Below, in pieces: positions 49,314 through 59,740 of a DNA stretch of 64,000 nucleotides (positions are counted from its first letter, which is position 1; the number at the start of each line of letters is the position of its first letter). The position numbers and the translations under genes are program-made. Under the pieces are notes generated by a model that searched no databases, had not been told where the DNA came from, and saw only the letters and a list, made by a program, of their open reading frames with translations. This stretch comes from an uncultured Candidatus Binatia bacterium (GTDB taxonomy: Bacteria; Desulfobacterota; Binatia; UBA9968; CAXXLF01), in contig OZ244621.1 of NCBI GenBank assembly GCA_965218425.1, positions 4,160,001 to 4,224,000 on the forward strand, in the 5' to 3' direction.

Positions 49314-50348
49314 TTAGAGCCCATACAAGGCTCTTGGATTTGCATCGAGGATCTTTTCCACGGCATCACGGGACACCGATGACTCCCGCCTCAGCGTTTG
49401 CAACGCCTCCAACTCGGTGGAGTTGTCCGAGTGTCCGTAGTCGGTACCCAACACGATGTTGTCCTCGCCGGCGTATTTGAGCACATGGGGGAGGTCATCG
49501 TCCATCTGGCACGCAACATAAATCCTGCTGTCACGGAACAAATTGTAGGGGATCTGGCTATCACGCTTGTGCTCCCCTCTGGGCCTCCCGATGGAATGCA
49601 TGAGGTAGGGTACCCACTGCGCGCTGACCTCGACAAAGCCGAACCGAAGGTCGGGAAAACGATCGGGGATTCCGCCGGAAACGATGGTCTCAAAGGCACT
49701 GATCACGGAAAGCTTGAACTTCATAAAGCCACCTCCGCCGGGAGCCTTATTATACAATTCGAGCAGTTCGGCTGAGCCGATGCCCGCATGGAAGCACACG
49801 GGCATGTTCAAGCGACTTGCCTCCTCGTAGAGAGGGAAGAAGTAAGGATCGGAAGGATGCCGGTTACCCTCGAACCCCCGATGCAACAAACCGCACGCGC
49901 CGTTATTCTTTGCAATGTTCAATTCTTCGATTGACCTATCAATGCTCATGAGCGGCATCACGGCGACCCATCGCAGTCGCCCCTTCCCCTGCCGCCAGGC
50001 ATCACCAAGCCACCGGTTGTAGCTCCGGCAGATGGCGAGCTCCACTTCGGGATGGCTGAAGATCACACTTGTCCAGATGGACGGATAGAGCACCTGGATA
50101 TCGGTCCCCAGCTCATCCATATGGCGCAACCGCGCGGCAACGTCGGAGAGTTCCCGGCATTCCTTGAAGGCATCACGTCCCACGTTTCCGCCCCTGTTCC
50201 GTGCCTTGCCCTCGATAACCCAAAATTGCCTGGGGGGATCCGTCTGGGAGATGACGGGAAGGGGTCTGTACTGAGCATCGGGGCCTTCCATATACTGCCA
50301 GGTGGCATCGGTTTCGATAACGTGACTATCCGCGTCAATGGTCGCCAT
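49314..50348 (-). CDS. Amidohydrolase_2 family protein
   Basis: IDADSHVIE, VCFHAG, FVEVSAQW, GTDYGHSD. Confidence 0.92.
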   Translation of the reverse strand: MATIDADSHVIETDATWQYMEGPDAQYRPLPVISQTDPPRQFWVIEGKARNRGGNVGRDAFKECRELSDVAARLRHMDELGTDIQVLYPSIWTSVIFSHPEVELAICRSYNRWLGDAWRQGKGRLRWVAVMPLMSIDRSIEELNIAKNNGACGLLHRGFEGNRHPSDPYFFPLYEEASRLNMPVCFHAGIGSAELLELYNKAPGGGGFMKFKLSVISAFETIVSGGIPDRFPDLRFGFVEVSAQWVPYLMHSIGRPRGEHKRDSQIPYNLFRDSRIYVACQMDDDLPHVLKYAGEDNIVLGTDYGHSDNSTELEALQTLRRESSVSRDAVEKILDANPRALYGL

Positions 50349-50495
50349 GGTTCGCCTCCAAAATCAAGTTCTTTGTTCTTATCAGTGATGATTGTACCCC
50401 TCAGCCCAACGCGTTCACCCTCCACCCGGATGGCGTCTTTCGTTGAGGAAGAAGCTCCGTATTCATAGTCCGAGTCCCCTGAGTCTCCGAAAGAT

Positions 50496-51254
50496 CTAGC
50501 CGCTCTTGAACCACCACACGTTGCTGGGGTCCTGATCAAGTTGCAGTTTGTCGTCCACACGCCGCACGTAAAATCCCGAGAACTCCATGGGCGCTTGCGC
50601 CGCGAGCAGGTAAGTAGTTCCCACCAACCCGGGACCTGGCATACGGCTTCGCACATCTTCAGGGGCCTCTTCCGTAGCGATGGCACCGCCGGGCCCCGCG
50701 ATGACAACACAGACACCGTGGTCGCGAACTTCTTCCGCCACAAACCTGGTGAAGGTACGTAGGGCATCCTTGCTGACCATATAAGCACAGGCTCCAACAC
50801 GCTTTGCGGTGGCTGCCCCTCCATGGACGTTGATGATATGCCCGGACCTCTGCTTGATCATTTGAGAAAGCACATGCTTCGTACACAGCATGGTACCGGT
50901 CAGGTTGGTTTCGATCACACGATCCCAGAAGCTTTTCTCCATCTCCACGATGGGTCCCCAACTCTTCGTCCATGCCGGGTGAGTCACAAGGCCGGCATTG
51001 TTCAAGAGCACATCGATACGCCCAAAGCGTTCACTCACCGCCCTGGTTGCTCTTCGGATCTGCTCCTCACTACGGACATCCACCTGTAGAGGCAAGACTT
51101 CAACCCCTTTTTCCTCCAATTCCTTCGTAGTGTTCTCCTCCAGGACGATATCCCAAATGGAGACTTTGGCCCCGGCATCCGCATATACATTCGCCGCGTA
51201 ACGTCCAATCCCCTTGGCACCACCTGTTACAATTACGACCTTTCCATTGAGCAT
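50496..51254 (-). CDS. Short-chain dehydrogenase/reductase
   Basis: TGGAKGIG, NNAG, YMVSK. Confidence 0.93.
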   Translation of the reverse strand: MLNGKVVIVTGGAKGIGRYAANVYADAGAKVSIWDIVLEENTTKELEEKGVEVLPLQVDVRSEEQIRRATRAVSERFGRIDVLLNNAGLVTHPAWTKSWGPIVEMEKSFWDRVIETNLTGTMLCTKHVLSQMIKQRSGHIINVHGGAATAKRVGACAYMVSKDALRTFTRFVAEEVRDHGVCVVIAGPGGAIATEEAPEDVRSRMPGPGLVGTTYLLAAQAPMEFSGFYVRRVDDKLQLDQDPSNVWWFKSG

Positions 51255-51435
51255 CGTAGGCCTCCCATGAGCATTAATCAGTGTATACCCGCGTTCCCTT
51301 GGCTTTTTCCATATGTATATGTAAAGGAGACATCACGCTCCTTTTTTAACCTCGTGTTAACGATCCCGGAGGTCCAAGAGACAAATGGAAGTTACCATAA
51401 CAAGGGCGGGCATTGAACGCCAATCACGTGTGAGT

Positions 51436-52482
51436 TTACAAGCGATAAAATCTTCGGGCGTTATCCACAAGGATAGCCGCCTTGTCCTCTTCCGACAGTT
51501 CCGGGTGCTCAAGGATCTCATTTATTTCGTTATGAATCTGGCCGGGACCGATTTCGTGAGGAAAATCGCTGGCAAAGAGGAAATGCTGATTCCCTACCCG
51601 TTCTATTTGGTACGCCAAGCCTCCCTCGCCGCCTTCACACCCGATCCACACATTACCATTGCAAAGGTAGTCCGCCGGTTGCTCCTGTGCAGTCGGGCCT
51701 CGGTACTTCCTGCCCAATTCATAGTATGCACCGTGGGATCGCTCCATTCGGTCCATCCAAAAGCTGGCCCAACCTGCCCCACCCTCAAGGAACCCTATCC
51801 GCAGTTGCGGATACTGTTTGAAAACTCCGTGGTAGACCATGCCTGAAAAGGCCACCATGAGGCTGAACGGATGCCCGAGAGCATGAATCGGCGTGAACGC
51901 GTCTAGCGTATCAAGCGCCATCCCGTGGTGCGCGCCTCCATGGACTCCCAGCGCACATCCCAACCGCTCTGCCTCGGCATAAACGGGCCAATAAGTTTGA
52001 TGGCCGAGATCGTAGGGAAGGCCACGGGAAGGAAGCATGGCTGCAACCATCCCCAGCTCTTTAATCGCGCGTCGCAACTCCACCACGGCCTCATCCACGT
52101 CTTGTAAAGGCAACAAAGCGACCCCCTTGAAGCGCGAATTCGCCTTCACATATCGCTCATGCAACCAGTCGTTATAGGCTTGGCAGAACATGCAAGCCCA
52201 ATCGGGATTGCTCACGTTCCCGATGGATAGTCCCTGTGTGGGATAAAGGACGGCGCACTCAAAGTTGGCGTACTCCATGAACGCCAACCACTCCTCGGGA
52301 CCAAGCCTCTTACCCCCGCCAAAGGCTTCCGAGCTACGCGGTCGATGCATGGGTAGATGATGAAAATCCAGGGAGGGCAGCAGTTTATCGAAGGACTGTT
52401 TCCTGTAAGGACCATCGATAAAATCCAATAGCGACTCGTCGGTAAATACATGCCCGTCGGCATCGATCACTTTTACGTTCAC
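51436..52482 (-). CDS. Amidohydrolase_2 family protein
   Basis: IDADGHV, LGVHGG, FLEGGAGW, ASDFPHE. Confidence 0.92.
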   Translation of the reverse strand: MNVKVIDADGHVFTDESLLDFIDGPYRKQSFDKLLPSLDFHHLPMHRPRSSEAFGGGKRLGPEEWLAFMEYANFECAVLYPTQGLSIGNVSNPDWACMFCQAYNDWLHERYVKANSRFKGVALLPLQDVDEAVVELRRAIKELGMVAAMLPSRGLPYDLGHQTYWPVYAEAERLGCALGVHGGAHHGMALDTLDAFTPIHALGHPFSLMVAFSGMVYHGVFKQYPQLRIGFLEGGAGWASFWMDRMERSHGAYYELGRKYRGPTAQEQPADYLCNGNVWIGCEGGEGGLAYQIERVGNQHFLFASDFPHEIGPGQIHNEINEILEHPELSEEDKAAILVDNARRFYRL

Positions 52483-52602
52483 CCCTAGACCTCCTCCGGT
52501 GCTCTGCCACTTTCTGTGGGCGCACAGTTCGGCACACCTGTGGAACCATTCCGAAAGCGGAATGGCGTTCGTCCGACCACTGACCTTAAAAAAGTAAGAT
52601 AG

Positions 52603-52640
52603 ATCTTATGCGGGTTAGTACTGAATTGTCAATTTCCAGA
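52603..52640 (-). promoter_or_regulatory. Sigma70-type promoter carrying the shared TCTGGAAATTGACA motif
   Basis: Minus strand TCTGGAAA-TTGACA-N18-TAAGAT. Confidence 0.7.
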
Positions 52641-52663
52641 ACCAGCGCTCTTTGACCCAAATA

Positions 52664-54007
52664 TTACCGGGTTCCTTCCAGGGCAACATCGAGAAATAGC
52701 GCCGCGGTCCAGGAAAAGTTATCGGTTCCGTAGCCTTTCCCGGTGTAGGGATCGAAGTACTCGTAGAATCCGTAGCGTTTGACCAGAGTAATCATGTCGC
52801 GGCGCACGCTTTCGGCTTTTTCTTGAAAGCCATACCGGCTGAGTCCCTGCAACAACAGCCAATTGGTATTGATCCAGACCGGACCTCGCCAGTAGTTGGA
52901 GGTGTCCAGATAATCCCCTTCCAGATTATAGTTCGGTATGGAAAAGCAACGCGCATCATCCATGGTGCAAAAGGCCCGTGACTCGAGAAACTCGTACATG
53001 ACTTTGGCTTGTGCATCTGTAGGAGCGCCGCACAGTAAGGGCATAAATCCCGCCGCGGTCAATGTCCCGATGGGCTCTCCGGCGCGCAGATCAAAAACGT
53101 CAAACGCTCCATGGTTAGCGTGCCAGAGCTTGTCCCTTAGGGATTGTGCCGTCTGATCATACCATTCTCGGATCTGGGCCGTGTCCTTTCCCAAGGTCTT
53201 TCCGATTTCCATCAGATCCTCCTCAGCCTTACAGAGAATACTGTTCAATAGCGGTTCCTGTATCAGAAACGGGCACTCCTGGTAGATGGCCTTTTCGTCG
53301 TAGTTCAATCTTCTAAATAGATCCACAAGAAACACGTACCGATCGTAGTCGTCATCCGACGGCCGCTGAGACCTTGGAATACCCTTTTTTAAATCCTGCC
53401 GTTGGTAGGAAGGCAGCGTCGTTTTGTCAATCTTCATGGCCTTCAAAGGAGGGTCCCAGGTTGGGGCATTGTCCAAACCCGATTCCCACGGGTGACGGAT
53501 ATAGACAAGCCCTTCTCCTTCTGGATCTCGATCACGGAAGAAAAACTCATGCAATTTAAAGATTCGAGGGTAAAGATACTCCAACCATTCTCGAGCGCTA
53601 TCGCCGTCCCGTGCATGACTCAAGACGCTGAGAGCAGCCATGGCATGCACCGGTGGCATGGTAATCCCTGAAGTGAGGACGTTTTCAGGGTAATGGCGCG
53701 AGCGCTCCCCTTGCCAGAAGTCGGGTTCAGGAAAATACCCTCCCAAGACCTTAGGGTTGAATACAATCTGGGGAAGCATCCCGTTGTGCCATTGACCGGC
53801 AAAGAGCGAGGAAAGCTCCTGCTGCGCCCTAAACTGATCATATCGCGCATATCCAATGGCAATGAACCCGGAATCCCAGTTCCATTGATGGGGATAAAGA
53901 TGGGGCGAAGGCTTGGTGGACTGACCTAGCCAATTTCCATCCAAAACCGCCTTGGCCCGGTGGATCAGATCGTCCAATGTCTCAGCCATTCCTTTTGCTA
54001 CTTCCAT
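52664..54007 (-). CDS. GH63 / MGH1-like glycoside hydrolase (glucosyl/mannosylglycerate hydrolase-like)
   Basis: LYPHQWNWDSGF, HPWESGLDN.P.WD, YWRGPVWIN.NW, FYEYF, FSWTAAL. Confidence 0.88.
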   Translation of the reverse strand: MEVAKGMAETLDDLIHRAKAVLDGNWLGQSTKPSPHLYPHQWNWDSGFIAIGYARYDQFRAQQELSSLFAGQWHNGMLPQIVFNPKVLGGYFPEPDFWQGERSRHYPENVLTSGITMPPVHAMAALSVLSHARDGDSAREWLEYLYPRIFKLHEFFFRDRDPEGEGLVYIRHPWESGLDNAPTWDPPLKAMKIDKTTLPSYQRQDLKKGIPRSQRPSDDDYDRYVFLVDLFRRLNYDEKAIYQECPFLIQEPLLNSILCKAEEDLMEIGKTLGKDTAQIREWYDQTAQSLRDKLWHANHGAFDVFDLRAGEPIGTLTAAGFMPLLCGAPTDAQAKVMYEFLESRAFCTMDDARCFSIPNYNLEGDYLDTSNYWRGPVWINTNWLLLQGLSRYGFQEKAESVRRDMITLVKRYGFYEYFDPYTGKGYGTDNFSWTAALFLDVALEGTR

Positions 54008-54160
54008 GTCTTACTGTCTTCAACTTACCAGTGGCCTGCATACAACTAAAGACAACAGACCTCCTGTCCTGCAAGAGTAACAATCGCTACAGAGGATACG
54101 CTCCTGACAGGCTGGAAAGGGGGATCAGTTGACCGCCGCAAGAGAACGATGGTCAACGGA

Positions 54161-54566
54161 TTATGCAGGAACCGTGTTCAGAATACCAGTGAACTGCTTC
54201 AGTAGCCTCTCGATGCAGTCGCTCATCTCCTTAACCGTGAATGGCTTTGCTATAAAATCGTCACACCCGCTGCGAAAACAATTTCTCTTGTCGTCCATGG
54301 TGACCCCAGCCGTCATTGCCAGGATCAGTATGAAACGGGTTTCTGGATTCTCTCGAATCACACGGGTAGTCTGAGACCGTCCATCACAGGCAGCATGATG
54401 TCCATCAAGATGGGATCTGGCATTTGAGAAATGGCCAAATCCACTGCCTCATTACCGTTTACCGCCACAACCGTGTCATAGCCCAATCGGTCGAGAAACG
54501 TTCGAATGATAAGGCACAGATCCATATCATCGTCCACGATGAGGATTTTTTTCTCATTCTCATTAT
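54161..54566 (-). pseudogene. Stand-alone response regulator receiver with two frameshifts
   Basis: KKILIVDDD...ILMDIMLPVMDGL and ILAMTA...GCDDFIAKPF lie in different frames. The start is out of frame across an A7 run. Confidence 0.8.
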
Positions 54567-54590
54567 GAGACCACCTAAAGTTTACTTAAC

Positions 54591-54606
54591 GGCAAAAGGG
54601 ATGCCA
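54591..54606 (-). promoter_or_regulatory. Putative sigma54 promoter
   Basis: Minus strand TGGCAT-N5-TTGC upstream of the decayed response regulator. Confidence 0.55.
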
Positions 54607-54770
54607 TGCCATAACCAGATGATTTTTAATGGCTATTTTTTTGGGACGATAATTGAGGCTGTTCCATTGATGCAAAAATATGGAAAAAATGACTTACCCA
54701 TGGCATCCTAAATGATTTCCTATATTCCCTTCGCTGCCGGCGGAATAATCAACACTAGCATAACAAGGCT

Positions 54771-55075
54771 ATGGGGAGCTTTGAATTGGAAACCATGATT
54801 GACGAAATAGATCTTCTAAATAAAAACGTGACCGTGACACTAGGTGACTATAGGGAAACCATTGCTGGGGCGAATTCGTCAGGGAAGACGGCAAATTGCA
54901 ATACAAAAACAAATCTGGAGGCATCACGCAAATCCAAATCCGTGATGATGGAAGATATACCGTTAAAGCCAAAAGATCAGACGTAGGTAGCCTGAGTCGA
55001 GTGAACCCCATAAATTTCCACCTACAGATGGGCGACTACCAAGGCTACCAATGCCCCTTTGACCGCATTTTTGAT
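54771..55075 (+). pseudogene. Frameshifted remnant of a beta-rich extracellular domain
   Basis: IDLLNKNVTVTLGDYRETI and QYKNKSGGITQIQIRDDGRYTVKA...FHLQMGD read as one protein-like sequence split over two frames. Confidence 0.35.
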
Positions 55076-55128
55076 AGGCAGTCCTGTGGACCATTGCGTC
55101 TGCGTCCCCCGCAGGGGCCTTCGATGGG

Positions 55129-56205
55129 TTAACTCAGTCCGAAGAGCGCCTTGGGATTATCATAGATAATCTTGCCGTATTGCGCCGCGCTGATACCGCC
55201 GTGGTTTTTCAAGTTGCGCAGGGCCTCGATCTCCGTGGATTGATCGTTGTGGCCGTAATCGGTGCCAATGACGATATTGTCCTCCCCTGAATATTTGAAA
55301 ACCTGGTCCACATCATCATCGGTCTGGCACGACACGTATTGCCGGTATTCCTTCATGGGATTATCTGGCAGCGTTTTTCCCGCCGCCCCCCAGCGCCTCT
55401 GCAGATCCTTAATCACATAAGGGATCCACTGCGCCGCTGCCTCGGCCCAATGAAACCGAAGCTTGGGAAATAGCATCGGCACCTCGCTCATGATCACTGA
55501 ATGAAACGCGCCGATCACGGGTATGCGGAACTTCCAGAAGCTGCCGCCGCCGTTGTACTGCGAGACCAGGTCGATGTTTTGCGGGTTGCCGTTGCCCACG
55601 TGAACGCCCACGGCCAGGTCGAGACGACTCGTTTCCTCGTATAGAGGATAAAAATAGGGGTCGGTAATGAGTCGATGGCCTTCCAGGCCGCGCATAAACA
55701 CACCGCAGGCTCCGTTGGACTTGCAAAACTTGAGCTCCTCCAGCGCCGCACTCATATCAAGGAGCGGCAGAACACAGATCCACCTGAGCCGTCCCTGACC
55801 CTGCCGGTGAATGTCGGCCAGCCAACGGTTGTAGCCCTTGCAGATGGCGATTTCCCATTCCACTTTGTCGGTTACCTGCTCGATGAACATGGTGGGATAG
55901 AGCACCTGGACATCGATCCCTAATTGATCCATATGCTTGAGGCGGGCGGGAACGTTTTCCATCTCTCGGGTTTCACGCGTAGTCGCCATGTCGCGGCCCG
56001 TGCGCTCTGCAATCTCATGGAGCTGCTGGGCAGTCAAAACCACGCGTACCAAACCGCGAATCTTACTCTCCACGAACCAGTATTCTCCGCCCCCCTTACC
56101 TTGCGGCCGGACGATGAGGGGCCGATACTTCTGGTGGGCCGGATCCATGAAATCCCATGTACGCTCCGATTCCACAACATGAGCATCGGCATCAATGGTC
56201 GGCAT
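55129..56205 (-). CDS. Amidohydrolase_2 family protein
   Basis: IDADAHVVE, VGVHVG, AEAAAQW, GTDYGHND. Confidence 0.92.
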   Translation of the reverse strand: MPTIDADAHVVESERTWDFMDPAHQKYRPLIVRPQGKGGGEYWFVESKIRGLVRVVLTAQQLHEIAERTGRDMATTRETREMENVPARLKHMDQLGIDVQVLYPTMFIEQVTDKVEWEIAICKGYNRWLADIHRQGQGRLRWICVLPLLDMSAALEELKFCKSNGACGVFMRGLEGHRLITDPYFYPLYEETSRLDLAVGVHVGNGNPQNIDLVSQYNGGGSFWKFRIPVIGAFHSVIMSEVPMLFPKLRFHWAEAAAQWIPYVIKDLQRRWGAAGKTLPDNPMKEYRQYVSCQTDDDVDQVFKYSGEDNIVIGTDYGHNDQSTEIEALRNLKNHGGISAAQYGKIIYDNPKALFGLS

Positions 56206-56253
56206 GGCGTGCAACCTCCCTTCCGCCTGACAGAAACTCCTTGACGGGCAAGA

Positions 56254-56290
56254 ATTTTAAACCCGCAGGGCGCCCATGTCAATTTCCAGA
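56254..56290 (-). promoter_or_regulatory. Sigma70-type promoter carrying the shared TCTGGAAATTGACA motif
   Basis: Minus strand TCTGGAAA-TTGACA-N17-TAAAAT. Confidence 0.72.
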
Positions 56291-56500
56291 ACTAACAAAT
56301 TTGCCACTTGTGAAATCTCATGACTCGATTGTTGAATCAACCAAGCTTTCGTTTGTCAGCAAGGCGGTCCGTTCGAAAGCAAGAAAAAATAGATATTCAA
56401 ATTTGGCTTCAGAGACTACCCAACGAATTGCAAAAGGTGCGATTTTGACACCCACCCGGTTCCGTGATAGTCGTTGCTGATCCATTAACCTGGAATACCC

Positions 56501-57721
56501 TTGATAAATAAAAAAATCGCAGTTGTTTTGTCTCTGGCATTTCTGGTCACCTTCGGCTATGGCCTCATCCTGCCGAGCTTATCCCTTTACGCCCACTCTC
56601 TGGGTGCAAGCCGTTCTTTTATCGGCATCATTGTCTCCATCTACGCCCTGGCCCAGCTTTTAACCCAGATTCCGGCGGGTCGATACGCGGACCGTCTCGG
56701 CCAGAAAACCCTGTTGATTCTTGGCTTTACCGGGATATCCGTGGCCGCCATGCTCAATAATTTTGGCACCGGCCCAAACCATTTCTTTGTATTCCAGGCC
56801 CTGGCGGGTGCATCTACAGGTTGCCTCTGGCCATCCCTTATGGCGGTGCTCAGTGAAGAGTCCAGGCCCAACACCAGAGGAAAGCTCATGGGGACTTTCG
56901 GTACGATCTTCTTCTTGGGCATGGGCGTTGGACCTTATGTTGGCGGCCAAATCTCCACCACCTACGGATTTCTGGCGTCATTTAACCTGTGGTCGTTGAG
57001 TGCGGTTGCGGGTGGAATAGTCAGCGCGTTGACTTTGCAGGCGGCACCCAAGAAAACATCAGTTCAAGGATGGGGACAATCCTCAAGTAGATCCGGCAAG
57101 CTGATTCAGCCGGGCTTACTTTCCTCGTTCCTAGTAAGCTGCGTGATGCGCACCCGTGGGGGATTCTGCGCCAGCTTCACCAATTCCATTCTGCCCCTCT
57201 ACGTTGCCGTATTATTCAATGCCACGCCAAAAATGATTGGCACCTTGATGCTGGTGCATTCTCTAGGCTTGGCCTTCTTCAATATTCCGGGAGGTATCGT
57301 CGCCGACCGTGTTGGGTGCAAGTGGCCCGCCATAGCGGGGGCACTGGTAGCCACCTCGGGGGTATTCTGGTACAACTTTCCCAGCGCCTTCTGGATGCTC
57401 ATCGCAGCAGTGGCGCTCGCAGGTGGAGGCTCTGCGTTTGCAACGCCGGCCCTTTCGGCATTGACGGCGGATATCTCCAATCCCGAGAGGCGCGCAGAGG
57501 CGTTTGGCTATTTTCTGACCTCCTTCCACGTGGGCGTGATCATGGGATCAACGATATTTGGTGCGGTGGCCGACTTAATCGATCTCTCGGGTGCGGTTTT
57601 GGCCTGGTCTTTTACCAGCTTCTTGTTATCCCTCCTCGGGTTTCTGATTCGTGAGCGCGGCTCGGTGCCTGTCACAGTCACCCTACCCCAAGAAACAGCC
57701 CCGGGTGCCGCTCACTCCTAA
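56501..57721 (+). CDS. MFS transporter (MFS_1)
   Basis: GRYADRLG.K, RGKLMG, GIVADRVG, about 12 TM segments. Confidence 0.9.
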   Translation: MINKKIAVVLSLAFLVTFGYGLILPSLSLYAHSLGASRSFIGIIVSIYALAQLLTQIPAGRYADRLGQKTLLILGFTGISVAAMLNNFGTGPNHFFVFQALAGASTGCLWPSLMAVLSEESRPNTRGKLMGTFGTIFFLGMGVGPYVGGQISTTYGFLASFNLWSLSAVAGGIVSALTLQAAPKKTSVQGWGQSSSRSGKLIQPGLLSSFLVSCVMRTRGGFCASFTNSILPLYVAVLFNATPKMIGTLMLVHSLGLAFFNIPGGIVADRVGCKWPAIAGALVATSGVFWYNFPSAFWMLIAAVALAGGGSAFATPALSALTADISNPERRAEAFGYFLTSFHVGVIMGSTIFGAVADLIDLSGAVLAWSFTSFLLSLLGFLIRERGSVPVTVTLPQETAPGAAHS

Positions 57722-57927
57722 ACCCATCTCACTGCTTTCCCTCCGCCCCCAACGAAACCGTGATTTATAAAATCTCTGAAGGGAACGTGTGGCTCGATAC
57801 CGAGTTGTGGGCATTTATGGCGATTGGTTGATGATAAAGTCTAAACACGGCAAGATGCCCGGCTTTATTAGAAAACAAGCCTCGCTTCCATAAGAAACCA
57901 GCTAACTATTCCTTTTGCGGACGGCTG

Positions 57928-58054
57928 CTCTCATCCCTCTTCCCTTGAAACTCAACACTCTTCTTGTCTTTTTCTAAACCCTATCCCCAACACCCTACTC
58001 CCTAGTCTTGACCCTTTCATCCTTTGATTACGATCCCGAACACGCCCCTCCCCT
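57928..58054 (+). repeat. Mosaic spacer (AACAC, CCCTA and ACGA modules)
   Basis: CCCTATCCCCAACACCCTACTCCCTAGTC. 58020-58044 matches 34904-34928 at 23/25. Confidence 0.82.
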
Positions 58055-58125
58055 GAGAGCGTGTGAGCAAATTGCTAGTATGCGGTATTGAAACAGCAGT
58101 TCCTTTACCGTCTGATTGTCTGAAT

Positions 58126-58152
58126 TTGACAAACGAGGTGTTTGTCTAATAT
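58126..58152 (+). promoter_or_regulatory. Promoter with overlapping palindromic operator candidate
   Basis: TTGACA overlapped by GACAAAC-N5-GTTTGTC, followed by TAATAT. Confidence 0.4.
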
Positions 58153-58176
58153 TTTCTTTCCAGGTTGGAGACGCTC

Positions 58177-59736
58177 ATGAGCCAGACTGATTCGGAGACT
58201 AGCAAGGTGAACTGGGACTACACTGCGGATGTCGTCGTGGTTGGGACGGGGGCGGCGGGCCTCCCGGCTGCCGTTATGGCACGGGATCTCGGGGTCAATG
58301 TAATCGCTGTTGAGGAGAACCATGATATCGGCGGTCACGGGATGTTAAGCGGTGGGAGACTCCCCCTTGGTGGCGGGACGAGTTTTCAAAAGAAGTATGG
58401 CATCGAGGATTCGGTGGACCAGGTCTTTTTAGACCACACGACTTACCTCAGCCTCCAAGCCAAGTACAGTGACAGAGACCTTGTAAGCGTTTGGGCCGAG
58501 GAAAATGTTCCGACGTTTGAGTTTCTGGTGGACAACGGTGTCAAGTTTGCTGATAATCCACCAATAATCGCACCGGACGAGACTGTTCCCAGACTAGCTG
58601 TGATCCGGCCTTACTCAGACAACCTCAACGAAACCATCAATGGCAGGAATGGCTCAGGCCTTGTCAGGCATCTGGAGGCCAGTGCCCGTGCAAAGGGCGT
58701 GCAGTTTCTACTGAGTCACAAGATGACCCGCATTATTAGAGAATGCGACATCACCGGAAGGGTGCTTGGAATCAGAGCAATCTACCAGGGAAAAGAGGTA
58801 AACATCCAGGCACGACGAGGCGTCATTATCGCTACGGGCGGTCATACCAGCAACGTGGAGTTTCGTAGAATGTTTGACCCTCGGCTGACCGAGGAGTACC
58901 AGACTGCCGGCGAACCCTGGTCCAAACAAACCGGTGACGGAGAGATACTGGCCATGGAAATTGGGGCATCCCTGTGGGGGACTGCCAACCAGACCACGGA
59001 GGGTGGACGAGCTGTTTCCAAAACAAAACACATCGGGTGCCGGTACGGTTATGTCAGCCTGAAGTGGAAGCCTGACAGCCCCATGTTCCATCTCGCCGGC
59101 GCCTCCGGCCTTACCGTAAACGATTGGCAAAACGTAATTCTTGTAAACCAGTTGGGCTTGAGATTCTGGGATGAGCTCGATGATTCATACGCGTTTCTAA
59201 ATGCTGCCCTGGGACTGAATGGGAATGAAACCAACGGGGGTGGACCCATATGGGCGATATTTGACGCAGGTACCGTACAGCGAGAGGGATGGAAACCAAA
59301 GCCGCCCGACATAGATCCCAACGGTTGGTTCTTCAATGCCGACACCATTACCGAGCTAGCCCACAGGATCGTCAACCCATACCAGAAACAGCCTATGCCG
59401 GCGCGCACCTTGGAAGAAACGGTGGCAAAGTACAACTCCTTCGTGGATGCGGGAGAGGATCCGGAGTTTGGCAGAACTCCTCCCCTGTATAAAATTCAGA
59501 CACCACCCTTCTACGCGGCGTGGTCCACACCCATACTCCATGACTCTCTGACTGGACTGAGAATTAACACCAAGTGCCAGGTAATTGACATGAAGGGTCA
59601 GGCCATCCCGGGCCTGTACTGCGCCGGGGAATCGGCGGGTGGATTCGCCTTGCACGGCCTGCCCAGATGCTGTGTCTTTGGCCGCATAGCGGGCAGGGAA
59701 GCTGCCCTTGCCCATGCAGAAAGACCACGACGGTGA
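58177..59736 (+). CDS. FAD-dependent oxidoreductase, fumarate reductase flavoprotein / ketosteroid dehydrogenase (FAD_binding_2) family
   Basis: DVVVVGTGAAG, GVIIATGG, TGDG...AM.IGA, GLRIN...QV....G..IPGLY.AGE.AGG. Confidence 0.9.
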   Translation: MSQTDSETSKVNWDYTADVVVVGTGAAGLPAAVMARDLGVNVIAVEENHDIGGHGMLSGGRLPLGGGTSFQKKYGIEDSVDQVFLDHTTYLSLQAKYSDRDLVSVWAEENVPTFEFLVDNGVKFADNPPIIAPDETVPRLAVIRPYSDNLNETINGRNGSGLVRHLEASARAKGVQFLLSHKMTRIIRECDITGRVLGIRAIYQGKEVNIQARRGVIIATGGHTSNVEFRRMFDPRLTEEYQTAGEPWSKQTGDGEILAMEIGASLWGTANQTTEGGRAVSKTKHIGCRYGYVSLKWKPDSPMFHLAGASGLTVNDWQNVILVNQLGLRFWDELDDSYAFLNAALGLNGNETNGGGPIWAIFDAGTVQREGWKPKPPDIDPNGWFFNADTITELAHRIVNPYQKQPMPARTLEETVAKYNSFVDAGEDPEFGRTPPLYKIQTPPFYAAWSTPILHDSLTGLRINTKCQVIDMKGQAIPGLYCAGESAGGFALHGLPRCCVFGRIAGREAALAHAERPRR

Positions 59737-59740
59737 GGTT

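Noticed and set aside
50063..50824. 253-aa minus-strand ORF bridging the SDR and the amidohydrolase
   Set aside because: Out-of-frame overlap with two well-supported genes.
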